Assembly (NCBI RefSeq): GCF_009914755.1
Contig: NC_060932.1
Length of the DNA stretch: 64,000 nucleotides
Direction: 5' to 3' (one strand)
Source of the DNA: the human T2T-CHM13v2.0 reference genome, Homo sapiens
The position numbers and the translations under genes are program-made. Below are positions 1-15,719 of the stretch, one piece after another; the first letter of the stretch is position 1, and the number at the start of each line of letters is the position of its first letter. The notes below the pieces were generated by a model that ran no database searches, was not told the DNA's origin, and saw only the letters and a program-made list of their open reading frames with translations.

Positions 1-59
1 ATAGTCCAAATAAAAGGTGAGGGAATCTTGATGAGAATGGGAAAGAGTCCAAATCTGCT

Positions 60-300
60 AGATGTTCCAAAGTCACAACTGGAAGTTTTGGTGACTGGTT
101 TCTGGAACAGGAGGGGGTGAAGTAGAGGAGCCAGCTCTCTAACTTGGGTGGTGGCACAAGCCAAGATTTAGAGCACATGGGTAGGACACGTAGATGGCAG
201 GTTTCTCTGTGCACATGTAGTCTAGCAGCCCAGAGGATACTCGGGGAAAATGTAGTCATCCTTGGCTTCACAAACATTCAGATGACAACTGTTCTGAGAG
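60..300 (-). mobile_element. Degenerate L2-like LINE fragment
   Basis: Weak resemblance to antisense L2 internal sequence; boundaries approximate. Confidence 0.35.
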
Positions 301-331
301 GTGCATATGGAATTGCCCTGACTATGAACAT

Positions 332-480
332 CATGTGGTGGAAAGAGGTGGGACATTGGTTCTTTTGGGTCAAGTTCTCCTACTAACTAGCTATGGAACC
401 TTAAGCAAGTCGTAACTGTTCTTCGTAAGTCTCTAAAATGAGAATGAGAATATCTCTAAAATAAAATGAGAATATTTTCA
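332..480 (+). mobile_element. MIR/MIR3 SINE fragment
   Basis: gtggtggaaagag...ctactaactagctatggaaccttaagcaagtc...taaaatgagaat resembles the MIR core. Confidence 0.6.
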
Positions 481-804
481 AGGTCTGTTTCAAGTGTCAC
501 ATTTAGAGCCAAATGTACTTTGATTCACTCTGTCACTTTTTCCAGGGAGGTATATTTGCTTATTTATTCAATTATATATTTGTGAATTGCCACAAGACAT
601 CCATGCCAGTTAAGTCTCACAGCTTTGTCAGTTGAATTAAGTATAATTATTGTCTCTCTGTCAGGATATCACTTGCCTGTTATGGTTTGAACCTAGTGCA
701 TTGTGTGATGGTTACTTTTTAAAATAGTTGCAGATCTTGGACTTTCATCATTGTCATAATTCATCTGCCAAAACATCCCCAGGCCTCACTTGCTGTCATG
801 CAGC

Positions 805-2075
805 TTTTTGTTTTTAATTATGGTAAAAAAAAATCACACAACACAAAACTCACCATTTAAACCATTTTAAAGAGTACAGTTCAGTGGCCTTTAGTACACT
901 CACAATGTACAACCATCACCACTATCTAGTTGGAGAAGAATATCATCTCAAACGGAAATGCTCTACCCATGAAGCAGTCACTCCCTTACCCCTTCTCCAG
1001 TCTATGACAACCACTAATCCACCTTCTGCCTCTATGGATTTGCCTATCCTGGACATTTCATACAATATGTGTCCCATTGTGTCTGGCTTGTTTCATTTAG
1101 CATAATGTTTTCAAAGTTCAGTATGCTGTGGTATGGTTCAGTACTTCATTCCTTTTGTGACTGACTAATATTCTATTGTATGGATATACTGCATTATATT
1201 TATCCATTCATCCATTGATGGACATTTGAGTTGTTTCCACCTTTTGGCTACTGTAAATATTTCTATGGTGAAAACATATATACAAGTTTTTTTTAAACAT
1301 GTGTTTTCAATTCTTTTGGTTACATACCTAGAAGTGGAATTGTTGGGTCTTATGGTAATTCAACATTTAACTTTTTGAGGAACTGCCTAACTATTTTCTA
1401 AAGCAGCTGAACCATTTTACATTCCCACCAACAATATATGAGGATTCCAATTTTCCTACATCCTCACCAACACTTGTAATTTCTGTTTTTTTTTAAATTT
1501 TTTATTATAGCAAGCCCGGATGGGACTATAGAAAGCATGCTCCAGTGGGTGTGAAGTGGCATCTCATTGAGGTTTGGATTTTCATTTTTCCAGTGACTAA
1601 GGATGATGGGTATCTTTTCATGTTCTTTGCTGACCATTTGTATTGTGTCTATACAGGTATTTTGCTTATTTTTTCCATTGGATTATTTGTCTTTTTTGTT
1701 GTTGAGTTGTAGGAGTTTTTTGTATATTCAGCATTCTAGATCCTTATCAGATATATGATTTACATATGTTTCTCCCATTTTGAGGGGCTGTTTTTTCACT
1801 TACTTGTTAGTATCCCTTGATATAGGAAAGTTTTTTATTTTGATGAAGTCCCACTTATTTATTTTTTCTTTTGTTACTTGTGTTTTTGATGTCCTAACTA
1901 AAAAATCATTGCCAAATCCAAGGTCCTGAAAACGTGCTACTATATTTTCTTCTGATAGTTTTATAGTTTTAGTTCTTGCATTTAGGCCTTTGATCTAGTT
2001 TGAGTTAATTTTTGTATGTAGTGTGAGTTGGGGGTCTGACTTCATTATTTCGCATGTGGGCATCGGTTGTCTTGG
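805..2075 (-). mobile_element. L1MB-type LINE-1 3' end (3'UTR plus degenerate ORF2 C-terminus)
   Basis: T-rich start, then aaccattttaaagagtacagttcagtggc, atccattcatccattgatggacatttgagttgtttccac and cattttacattcccaccaacaa, all typical antisense L1M 3' motifs. Confidence 0.9.
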
Positions 2076-2164
2076 TGATACTTAGGAAGGTGTTTATACC
2101 TATTGGTTAGTCCATGGCAGCTAACCACATAAACTATGCTATGGTTCCTTATATTGTGCCCATA

Positions 2165-2317
2165 TGTAGTGGACACTACTGGTTGCCTACCAAAATCTAT
2201 TACTCCTTATTTTTTCCTGAAATAATCCTAGTTTTGTTTCGGTATTCGCTTTTTTCCCCACATGATTCAGGGTAAAGTAACCCCACCCTAGGCTCTAGAT
2301 CCTAATTACTTTAAGCC
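2165..2317 (+). mobile_element. MaLR LTR (MLT1J/K/L-like), 5' part
   Basis: Begins tgtagtggacactactggttgcctacc, like the start of old MLT1 LTRs; interrupted by Charlie1. Confidence 0.65.
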
Positions 2318-3220
2318 TGCTGTTCTCAGAATGTCATCTATAAACCCTTGAAGGTTTCCTAGACCCTTTCATTAATTCTGTGAGATCAAAACTGTTTTTA
2401 AAAGAATACTAAAGTGTTATTTGTCCTTTTCACTGTAGGTAACATTTGCACCAATGCTACAAAACCACTGGTGGGTAAAACTGCTGGTGCCACACACTAT
2501 ATACAAGATAGTAATAGTAGTTGTATTTTTGTATTCCATCATGCACTTGCAGAAAAAGAGAAAAAGCTAGTTTCACTTGATGCCCTTGAAGAAAAAGTCA
2601 ATATTTTAAATTTAATTAACCTTTGACCTTTGAGTATACTTTTTAAAAATATTCTATATGAAAAAATACAAGTAACCTTCTGTTACATGTTGAAGTATGA
2701 TTGTTATCTCAAAAGAAAGCACTTATGTGATTGTCTGGTCTGCAAGCTAAATTAGCTCATTTTTTTACTTGAAAGGATGATTGACAAACTATGTTTATTT
2801 AGACATAAGTATTTATAGACATTATTTCAAACTTGGACAAAGGGAGCCTCTTTGGGGAAACCAATTGACAGTATTTGACGCCAGGGATAAAGTTCAAGCT
2901 TTTGAGCAAAATTAGAATTTTGGAAAATGTGTATCCACTATTGTGAGCTTGATAGATTTCCATATTTTATTAACAGCTTCTGAATATTTAGATTTTTCTG
3001 ATATCAGTGGCAATATTAGTGAACATGATTGTTTTGACATTATATAATGAAAGTGTCAATATTTGGAAGATCTGCATAATTCAGTGAACCAGTATTTTCC
3101 AAATGACCAATGTTTGACTTTACAAAATTATGCACGTATAAAAGATTAATTCAAAGTGCAAGACAGATCAATACATATTAATGTAACAACATAAAAAGTT
3201 CATTACTATGGTTTCCGTGC
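2318..3220 (+). mobile_element. Charlie1 (hAT-Charlie) DNA transposon fragment with transposase remnant
   Basis: Degenerate TIR ctgctgttctcagaatgt. Remnant peptides NICTNATKPLVGKTAGA (cf. ICTDGAKAMVGK) and LLHVEV*LLSQKKAL (cf. LLHTEVRWLSRGK) match Buster/Charlie transposases; stops are present. Confidence 0.85.
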
Positions 3221-3299
3221 ACACAGTTTTCAGGGTTCTATTATTCAAGGTGCATCTCCATCACCTGCCAAAGTGGAGGCAGATGGCTCAAGCTCAGGC

Positions 3300-3565
3300 A
3301 ATCAGGCTGTCTCCTCCACTGGAAATTGATCTTGGGTGAAAATAAAAAAGCATAGAAAACTGTTGAAATTGACACTGGGAAGAGATTTTTCACTTATTCT
3401 TGCTACCTGAATCCTGAGAATTGCCCTGATTCCTGCCCCTTCTGAGGTCTGGTCCCTCAACTTTTTCTTAGATTTGGGAGCCACCTGTATCCTTAAAAAA
3501 GTATTTTTTGCTCAAGGGAGCTACAGTCTGATTCTGTTGCTTTCCACCAAGAACTCTGATAGAGA
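3300..3565 (+). mobile_element. MaLR LTR (MLT1K/L-like), 3' part
   Basis: ttgctcaagggagctacagtctgattctgttgctttccaccaagaactctgataga resembles an MLT1K/L 3' terminus. Confidence 0.6.
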
Positions 3566-3721
3566 CGTAGAAACCTACTGTGAGTCCTCTCTTGCTGGGA
3601 CACCGAAGCTCTCCCTGCCATGCTGTGCTTCCTGTGCCTCTCACCTATAGATCTGAGACCTTTGAATGACATTGTTGATGAATAATGAATGGAATTAATT
3701 AACTTGACTAGCTTTCCCCAG

Positions 3722-4098
3722 TGCTATGGGCTGACTGTCCCCCCAAATTAATGTGTCAGAAACTTAATCTCCAATGTGACAATGTTGGGAGGTGGGGCCT
3801 AATGGGAAGTTAGATAATGGGGCCCTCATGAATGGATTAATGCTGCTATAAAAAGGACTTGCAGGAGTGTATTTGCCTTCTTCTGCTCTTCTGCCATGTA
3901 AAGACACAGTGCTTGTCCATCTTTCACTTGCCCTTCCATCTGCTGTCATGTCAGGATGCAGTAAGAAGATCCTCACCGGATGCCAGCACCTTGATCTTGA
4001 ACTTATAGCCTCCAGAACTGTGGGAAACAAATTTCTGTTCTTATTGAATTACCTAGTCTGTGGTATTCTGCTATAGCAGCACCAAATGGACTAAGACG
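3722..4098 (+). mobile_element. MaLR solo LTR (MSTD/MLT1A-like)
   Basis: tgctatgggctga...gggaggtggggcct...cctccagaactgtgggaaacaaatttctg...aaatggactaagac. Confidence 0.88.
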
Positions 4099-4369
4099 CC
4101 TGGTTAACATTCATCATCTGTTCATCTGCTTACATCCCTGTGGATATGGACCACTTGTCTGAGCCAGGCCAGTAATCTGCATATCCATTCAGACAGTATA
4201 GAAGTGATAGCCTAGGTGCCTTCCTGAGGGCTAGACTGAGCCTGTCCTGATTCTTTTCCCTTTCCATTAGCTCTGTGCTTACGAGTTCCCAACATTCTTC
4301 AGATCCAAGGCTTTCATGAATTTATAGTGGAGAAAGAATCGTACCTATTTTATATACACTTTCATCATG

Positions 4370-4578
4370 AATTGGAAAGAACAGAGGACCTAGCATAAGA
4401 ATACCTGAATTCAAATCTCAGCTTTACTACCTGCTATGTGGCCTTGGGCAACTCATTTAATTTCTCTTGAGTCTCAGTTTCCTCATTTGTGAAATGGGAG
4501 TTGTAACTATTCCTGCTTTACTTACCTTACAGAGAGGTTGTAAGGATCAAGTTACATAATGGATGTGACAGCAGCCTA
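4370..4578 (+). mobile_element. MIR SINE
   Basis: ttcaaatctcagc...gccttgggcaactcatttaatttctcttgagtctcagtttcctcatttgtgaaatggg core. Confidence 0.9.
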
Positions 4579-4582
4579 ATAT

Positions 4583-4690
4583 CCACTAGTTTAACTTTCC
4601 CAAGGATCAGGATCTGTGTTTTATCTGCATTGCATCGACACGGCACGATACCTGGGTCACAGTAAATACTTACAACATGTTGGTTGAAGT
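4583..4690 (+). mobile_element. L2 3' end
   Basis: cacgatacctgggtcacagtaaatacttacaacatgttggttgaa resembles the L2 terminus. Confidence 0.65.
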
Positions 4691-5056
4691 AACCTCCTTG
4701 GGAGGGAGTTGTTACAAAGCTCAACTAGAACTGGGACTAAACTAGCAATGGGAAAAAAGAGGAGCAAACTCAGAGCATGTGGCCTCATTATTCTATAGTC
4801 TTGTTCACTGGCTCCTCTTTTAGGTTCTTTTATACTGGACTGTTTTTTCACAACACTAAAAACCTGGGGTTTTTCCTTCCCCAGTTGCCATTGAAACTGG
4901 AACTGCTTGAAAGAGCAGCTGAGCAATTCATCAGGCTCTGTGGCTTAGAAGGAGATGCGAGCTCACTCTAAATGAGATTTCCAGTGACACAGGCTCCAGC
5001 GGGGATGTTACAATTTCACAGTCACACGTTACTGGCATTGTTTTAAGCTTGCATGA

Positions 5057-5458
<402 letters not shown>

Positions 5459-5549
5459 TCTCACAGATTTTTCTAGGGTGAAACAACCCAGCAGATATGG
5501 ACTGTACCCTTGGAATGAGGCAAAGACTGAAGGGATTTTCTTATTGTTG

Positions 5550-6662
<1,113 letters not shown>

Positions 6663-7197
6663 GTCAGGGGACTTTTAATGGAATTTCTGTATTTGCTACT
6701 CACAACCCTAGGCAGGAGAGATGACAGCAACAGGAGGACCCTGGCAGCAATTAGGGGTTCTGGTACTCCACTCTCTCCCTCCCCCCATCCTTCACCAAGC
6801 TATATTTTTTCTTCACAATACCCCCTAAATCTGACACTTTTTCACTTTCAGAATTTTACTTTAGTTAATTCTTTCACAGTTTCTGTTTGGAGTTGAATTC
6901 CTGAACCTGGATCCAACTTCAGCCCCTGTTCCAGGAGACAAAGCAAATGGTATCAAGAAAGGTGCCTCCCTCTCACCTCCACCTCATCTTTGCTTTCTGA
7001 CCTCCTTAGGATTATAATTTCACTAGAGTATGCAAATCATAGCAGACATCATGGCCATTCTATCGTGTGGAACAGAAAACTCTTTGAGTAATGAAGATGA
7101 TTCATAGGAACCATAGAACTTAATCTAGTGATCATCAGAGCTTTCCCAGAAGGATGACTTTAAGTGTTTGAGGCTAAGTGGCATCTCTCTTCTGTAG

Positions 7198-7630
<433 letters not shown>

Positions 7631-7832
7631 TAATCTCTTGACACTGGAAACTAGTGTTCCATGCCTGCATTCAGCCACTGTCTCCATGTGTCTTAAACAC
7701 TGGCCCTCTGATACCTGCTTTTAATTCCAACCCAAGTCCTCATGCCTGTGACTGTCTTTAAGACATGAATTCCCTCTACGTTTCCTTCTCCTCAGCTACT
7801 ACCTTTGGCCAAGCTAGCAGCGTCTTCCAACT

Positions 7833-7995
7833 TAGTGCTTCTCAGATTTAAATGTGCAAATGAGTCACCTGAGGATCTTGTTAAAATTAAGATTCTGATT
7901 CTAGGTTTGTGGAAGGGCTCAAGATTCTGCATTTGTGACAAGCTCCCATGTGATTCTGAAGCTGCTGCTCTGTGGAACACACTGAGTAGCAAGGC
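7833..7995. mobile_element. MER5A (hAT-Charlie MITE)
   Basis: agtgcttctcaga...gagtcacctgaggatcttgttaaaa...attctgcatttgtgacaagctcccatgtgattctga...cacactgagtagca. Confidence 0.88.
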
Positions 7996-8064
7996 TCTAA
8001 CTAGTCTTCCCACTTCCACTCTTGCCCTTCAACACTGGGGTTACCATTGTGAAGGCACACCACC

Positions 8065-8777
<713 letters not shown>

Positions 8778-9787
8778 TTACAAGCTCTACCCAAACTGGT
8801 CTTGATTAACATAGTTTTCTTCCATTTTCAAATAGATAACTTGGTTTTCTGGCTGGTGTTCCAATCACTGATGAGTGCATTCCAGCAGCTTTCTAACTGC
8901 TTTGTCTCTACGGCTTCCTGCTTGTTAATCCATCTTACTCTCACCATCAGTTAATGAACCAGAAGTGCTGCTTTTGTTATCTTATTTTCCTGTTATAAAA
9001 ACAGTAATTCTCATTCCCCATTACTACTGAAGAGTGTCCAAGCTCTTAACAGGATATAGTAGATGGACTGAATTGATGTTGCCAGCTAAAAACCTCACTG
9101 TATCCATACCCATTGCAGTGAGATTTTTGAAAATCTCTCATCATAAGGTAGAATCTACTTCTCCCTCCCTTGAATATCAGCTTGCCTTGTGCCTCAAGAG
9201 GCCTTGCAGCTGCCACTGTGTTTCAGAACCCTCTCATGAGAATGCAAGCCTGGACTAGCCTGCTGGAGGAAGAGAAATCATGAGAGGGGAGCCTCATTGT
9301 CCCAATTGAGTCTAATCTTAGATCAGCCTTGTCTGGGGGAGGGGGAGGAGTCCTCTGGCCACCCACATGTTTGATGACTCACTAGAAGGACTCCCAGGAC
9401 TCAGAGTCAGTTGTGCTCATGGTTATAGGTGATCAAAGGATACAAGACAGCATCAACAAGGGAAAAAGTCACATCAGTCTGGAGGAGTTTAAGTGCAGGC
9501 TTCCAAAGCTTTGTGTCTGGTGCAGGAGGTGGATTACACAGAACACACTTTTTCTTCCAGCAATAAAATTAAGTAACACATACACAATATTTCTGACTAG
9601 GGAAGCTGACTGGAGGCTCAGAGTCCTGGGATTTTATTGCAGAAATAGGCAGAGGATGCCTATGTGATCAGCCACAATTACTGAAATTCCAGTCCAGTGT
9701 AAATCACAGTGTTTGGATAAACATTCTAGGCAAGCTGGTGTGGTAGGATTCAGTGCCGTGGGCATGCCAAACAGCCTTATCAGTTAG

Positions 9788-10677
9788 GTGGTAGATAGAA
9801 GGATAGAATAAAGGCCCTTTGAAGGTGGTTAACTTTCTATACCCAGAACCTGTTCATATGTTACCTTACATGACAAAAGGGACATTGCACATATGATTAC
9901 ATTAAGGATCTTGAAATGGTAAGATTTTCCTGAATTATTCAGGATTAAAGTCAGCAAGGGCAAGATAAAGGAAGTAGAGCGCAGAGATCCGCTGAAGGAG
10001 GGAGAGATTTGAAAATGCTTTGGTGCTGGTTTTGAAGATAGAGGAAGTGGTCATGTCTTAGTCCTTTTGTGTTGCCATAAGGGAATAGCTGAGGCTGCGT
10101 AATTTGCAAAGAAAAGGGGTTTATTTGGCTCACAGTTCTGCCAGCTGTACAAGAAGCATGGCACCAACATCTGCTTTTGACGAAGGCCTCAAACTGCTTC
10201 CACTCATGTCAAAAGGCAAAAGGGATCCTCTGTGTGCAAAGACTGTGTGGCAAGAGAGTAAGCAAGAGAGGAAGGGAGGTGCCAGGCTCTTTTCAATAAC
10301 CAGCTCTTTTAGGAACGAATAGTGTGAGAACTCACTCATTACTCCAAATCCTACACCAAGCCTTTCATGAGGGATCTGATCCTATGACCCAAACACTTCC
10401 CAGTAGGCCCCACCTCCAACATCGGGGATCAAATTCAACATGAGGTTTGGTCCAACATCCAAACCATAGTGTGTCATGGGCCAGGGAATGCAGATGGTCT
10501 TTAGAAGTTTGAAAAGGAAGAAAATGAATTATTCTCCAGAGCCTCCAGAAGGAATGCAGTCCTTCTGATCCATTTTAGACTTCTAATCTCCAGAGCCCTA
10601 ATATATAAAATATTTGTGTTGTTTTAAGCTACTAAGTTTATAGTAATTTGTTATATCAGCAATAGAAAACTAATATA
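9788..10677 (+). mobile_element. MLT1D-like LTR; parts about 9788-10053 and 10472-10677
   Basis: atatgttaccttacatgacaaaagggac...attaaggatcttgaaatgg and agagcctccagaaggaatgcag...agcaatagaaaactaatata. Confidence 0.85.
10054..10471 (-). mobile_element. MSTB-like MaLR solo LTR
   Basis: tgtcttagtcc...tttatttggctcacagttctg...ggccccacctccaacatcggggatcaaattcaacatgag...aaaccatag; TSD ggtca/tgtca. Confidence 0.88.
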
Positions 10678-11761
10678 AATAGTAACATAGGAAGCATTCC
10701 AAAAGCAAAGGTCCTAGAAACCAGCCAAGGGTCAGCTCTATAAGCAGGTCCTTTGGAGGAGCAACATCATCAGAACTACAATATTTAACTCTTTCCTATA
10801 AAAGCCTACAGCCAGACAATCACCAAAAATGTGAGAGGGACCAGCCAAGATCAGCAGAACAGCCTGCCTGACTGCAGAAATATGAGTGAGCCCAGTCAGG
10901 ACCAAAATAACTTCAATACTGTGGGAAATAATATATCATTGTGGGCAATAATAAATGCTTTTTGTTTTAAGCCACTGAGTTTTATTGCAGTTTGTTATAC
11001 AGCAATATCTAACTAATACATGGAATTCAAGGCTTTTGAGTAAACATGTAAGAGCCCAATCCATATATCATATCTTATCTCTTCTTCACAAACTTTGCTT
11101 TATTTATACTGATCTATTTAATGTCATCCAAACAATCTGTGTTCCTTCCTATCACTGTCCTTTTCTCCATGTCATCCTTGTATCTCAAGGCCTTTTCCAT
11201 CCACATCTCTGCCTACTATTTCAGAATGTAATTGACAAGCATTTAGCATGCAATTTTTGTGAGCATCCAAGTTTTCAAGTCTAGTCAACTGATGCCATTT
11301 GGAATTTGGTTAGGATCATGAAGTGTGTTACTAGAATTAAACAGGCTTGTAAGTCATTGCCATCTGTAAGCTCTCAAAAGAACAAATACTTCAGAAAATA
11401 CTTTCTGCACAGATGAGAAACTAGAGTTTGTGAGAGAGCTGCCAAAGTAATTTTTTATATTAGTGAGAAGGAGGCTTATTGATTATTTGAGTGCTTATAG
11501 AACTCTTATTTGTTCAGTCCCAGAGCTAAGCTGTCTGGTATACTCATTGGCACTTTGATTGTTTCTGTATTTATAAATGCTAAGAGCTTATCTGGCCCAG
11601 TGTTAGGAAGCTTGTTGTATATTTCATTGCTGTCTAAGAGTTAAAGCTAGCTGCAAAGTCTTGAAACCAGCCAGTGTTCTTAGGCAAGAACCACAAGTTG
11701 TGCTGACAATCACTAAATGGCGGGGTGGCAAATGGTCTTACTGGGTTGTAAAAATGAAATG

Positions 11762-11940
11762 CAACAACCTGTATTCATGGAGTGCTTACTATGTACTAAG
11801 CCTTGGGCCCAGCCATGGGCATACAGAAGTAAACAACACAGAAATAAATAACCTTTTGGAATTTATAATACAGTGTAAAAATAATAAAGTCTGGAGTAAA
11901 TAATTTCTGTAAGTCAGCAATGAGATACAATGAGATACAC
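11762..11940 (-). mobile_element. L2 3' end
   Basis: tattcatggagtgcttactatgtactaagcc...gggcatacagaagtaaacaacacag. Confidence 0.65.
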
Positions 11941-12061
11941 AAGCATTTAAAGACGAAAAAAAATCTGACAATCATGATGTCATCCCAAGAATATCCCAGA
12001 ATTCTTTGTGTAATGTAATGTATTCATTCCTAATTTTTGTGCCAATATTTATAATAATCTC

Positions 12062-12175
12062 ATAGTCAACAGATATTTGTTGAGTGCTAACTATATCCTA
12101 AGCACTTTGACACCAAGGGAAACATGAAAAAATTTAACATATTCCCTGCCCTTGTGACTTTGTACATTCCAGCTA
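12062..12175 (-). mobile_element. L2 3' end
   Basis: tcaacagatatttgttgagtgctaactatatcctaagcact...tccctgcccttgtgactttgtacattccag. Confidence 0.7.
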
Positions 12176-12439
12176 AACATTAATAGCAACAAGAACAAAA
12201 TATCTGGGCTGCAAAAGTGTGGTTCTTATTGCATTAAATCAATTTAATTTGTATGCCTGGGTAAATCATCAAACACACTCCTAAAAATTATGTTTTTGTT
12301 TTCTGGCCAGATTCTTTGATATAGAGATGTGTAGATTAAATGGACAGTCAGGGATAAATATGAATAAACTGCAGGAATGAAAGAGCTGACCCTGGGGCTT
12401 CTATTGATGTTTTCAGTGGACCCCCAAGTGTCTCATCTG

Positions 12440-12610
12440 TATAGTGAGTGTTGTGAAAAGGGAACTAGACTTGAAATCATGAGTTCTAGTTTCCACTCTG
12501 CCATGAACCAGCCACAGGGTCTTGGGCAAATCATGTAGCCATTAGTCTCCTGTAAAAACAGGAATTTTACATCAGCTGTGCTTAGCTCCAAAGATGTTTA
12601 GCCCTCTGAT
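12440..12610 (+). mobile_element. MIR/MIR3 fragment
   Basis: gaaaagggaactagacttgaaatcatgagttctagtttccactctgcca...cttgggcaaatca. Confidence 0.65.
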
Positions 12611-13683
12611 CTATTTTTCCATATAGGTATTGTTTATATTCCTATGTGTGGCTTAAATTTGTTAGAGAGAACCAGCTATCTAGTGATAGAACTGTCCTAT
12701 AAGACAACATCTTGTGGCCCCACCAATAACTTCAGCAGCAAGAATATGAAGCAGCAAAGAGCATTTGCTTATCAGAAAAGGCTTCTTTGTATTTAGGTAG
12801 AGAGGATCTGGGGCATTAGTGCTGTAGGATCAGTGATTGTGAAAGCCTGTTTTTTCCAAGTGTTTCAGAAAGAACATGAGGCTTCAATTTCAGGATGTTA
12901 GCCTTGAGTGGAGCCAGGGTGGGTGTGGCTTTTGCAATTCTGCCCACCCACAGACCCATGGACTGAAAATAGTGCATAGGCTTGCCTTTTAGTTTTTCTT
13001 TCTTTTTTTTTTTCTCTGTTAAAGCATGGCTGTTTCTGCCTTAGCAAACCTCCAAGGATGCAGGCTTTGCAACCCTTAAAAGCCAAGGAGCAGGATAGGG
13101 AGATATTTTAGCTTATGATTTAAAGAAGAATCCAACAAAATTTAAAAATATGGTATTATTATTAAAATGCCCCAAGCAAATATTGGTGTTTTAAGAATTT
13201 CAGGATGCTGTGGGAGGTGAGCCCATCCAATTGCTTCTCACTATGGAGTCTTGCACATAAAACCCCTGATGGCACCGAATTGATGGCTCAGTCCTTAAAC
13301 CTTAGGTGGAGAATGATGAATGAGTAAGTAAATATTCATGAGGCCATCTAGGTCATCAAATTTATAAAGAACCACTAATGCATTAAAAGGCAGAGGGCAC
13401 GGGTAATAGAGTGCACACTAAACTACATGCTGCTACCTGGCTGCAAAGAAACATTTGCACTTCACAGAATGGCATCTGCCCAGATGTCTCATTCTCCCTG
13501 CTCTCCTCACTCCAATTATGGCCTCCTTATTTAGAGAGCCAACTCTTTGTTTTTATGAAACGTGCATTTTTCTCACCCATGGTTGAATATCTCTTCCTTA
13601 CATCTTCATAGCAAATATTTAATTCCGGTGTGATATCTCCTGTGCCCCAGCTGATTTGGGAGTCTCCAGGTATCTGTCAATGA

Positions 13684-14019
<336 letters not shown>

Positions 14020-14069
14020 TGAGTAAAACACAATGTCAAGGTGAGTTTGCCCTGTGCAAAGCCTTTTAG

Positions 14070-14300
14070 ACAGCAAGACATTAAAGTGGTGACATCAGGA
14101 TGTCTAGACTCCAGAGTAAGAGGGACCAGGTGTGTGTGATAGCTCAACTATCTGCTGTTTTCTCAAATGAACGTTGCAGCATCTGTCTTTCCATCTTTAA
14201 AGTAGGAACAGAAATTCTACTTATCTCATACAGTTGTTATTAGGATTCAATGAGCTAATGCATATAAAGTTCTTAGCACGGTTTTGGGCATATGGGAAAC
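14070..14300 (+). mobile_element. MIR fragment
   Basis: ttctacttatctcatacagttgttattaggattcaatgagctaatgcatataaagttcttagcac. Confidence 0.7.
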
Positions 14301-14329
14301 AAAATTTACCAGCGTAGTCATACACCTTG

Positions 14330-14817
14330 CTTCTGGGCTTTTGAAGAAGCCAGACAACAACTCAAACTGGGTAGTCTGAGGAGGGTTTACTAAACTGTTT
14401 ACCGGTGTTTACAAAGCTGTGGGCAGGGTTTTAGGTTTAAAGGTTGAGGACAAGGGATACTACAGTGCTGTAAGCTACTGACAGTATAAACACTAAAGGG
14501 GTGAGGGGAGCGAGCGATGCACAGAACCCAGAAAGGACAGAGAGGGGAGCTGTGTGGAGCAGCCACTCCCACAGGAGCTGTTGTCTTCTTGGAAGAATGC
14601 AGCCAGCTCACAGTGACCTGCAGCAGGGAGTCTCATACCCCAGGGAATAAGTCCCGCTCCTCCACTCTCCTCCTCCCTCCCTCCCTCCCTCAATTTCTGC
14701 CAGTACCTCCTTCCCGCTGAACCCAAGAAGCAGGAAATCTATTTTTGCAGTCCACGTGGGTCAACGTTCCCGGGGTCAGAGTAGAACAGAAGAGGCCAGC
14801 AGGAACTACCCAGCAGA
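14330..14817 (-). mobile_element. LTR33-like ERVL solo LTR
   Basis: actcaaactgggtagtctgaggagggttt...tttacaaagctgtgggcaggg...gggaataagtccc...cactctcctcctccctcc. Confidence 0.75.
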
Positions 14818-15048
14818 TCTAGTATTGAAATCTCACCTGTTCCAACTAACTAAAGAGACAGCTTGTCACTCTAAGCCAGAGAGAAGCCTGCACTGAGACT
14901 AGATTATGTGTAAGTGTAGCATCAGAAACAAGGGAGTTCCCTGGGGGCTCACCTCAATAAGTCAATAAGAACCACTTTTAATTGCATATAAGGAGTACTT
15001 CTAAACCAAATGAGAGTCTGAAAACAATGTTTCCTCTTAAATAGGTTA

Positions 15049-15537
<489 letters not shown>

Positions 15538-15719
15538 GCTTTCTCGTGTATATGATTTATTCAGGAAACACAAAGATAATACAGTGGCAAAAATTTATCC
15601 AGTGTTCTTCTGAATTCATCATAATTCTTGACACAGATGAATCCCAATCAATAAAAAATCTGTTCTGATACATTTCAAAGATTCAATCAAATGATTCTGG
15701 GCTATTCAAATTCGCAATT

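Larger units (their letters stand above)
9330..10802 (-). mobile_element. ERVL-class LTR (MER21/MER77-like); parts about 9330-9787 and 10678-10802
   Basis: tttgatgactcactagaaggactcccaggactcag...aaaggatacaagacagcatcaacaagggaaaa; TSD agcct at 9325-9329 and 10803-10807. Confidence 0.75.
9055..11020 (+). mobile_element. MaLR LTR (MLT1G/H-like), outer element of a nest; parts about 9055-9329 and 10803-11020
   Basis: 5' part has ttctccctcccttgaat...cctcaagaggccttgcagc; 3' part ends ttgttttaagccactgagtttt...tttgttatacagcaatatctaactaataca. Confidence 0.75.

Noticed and set aside
2414-2626. Domesticated hAT transposase gene
   Set aside because: Fragmentary, with mutated motifs, stops and frameshifts.
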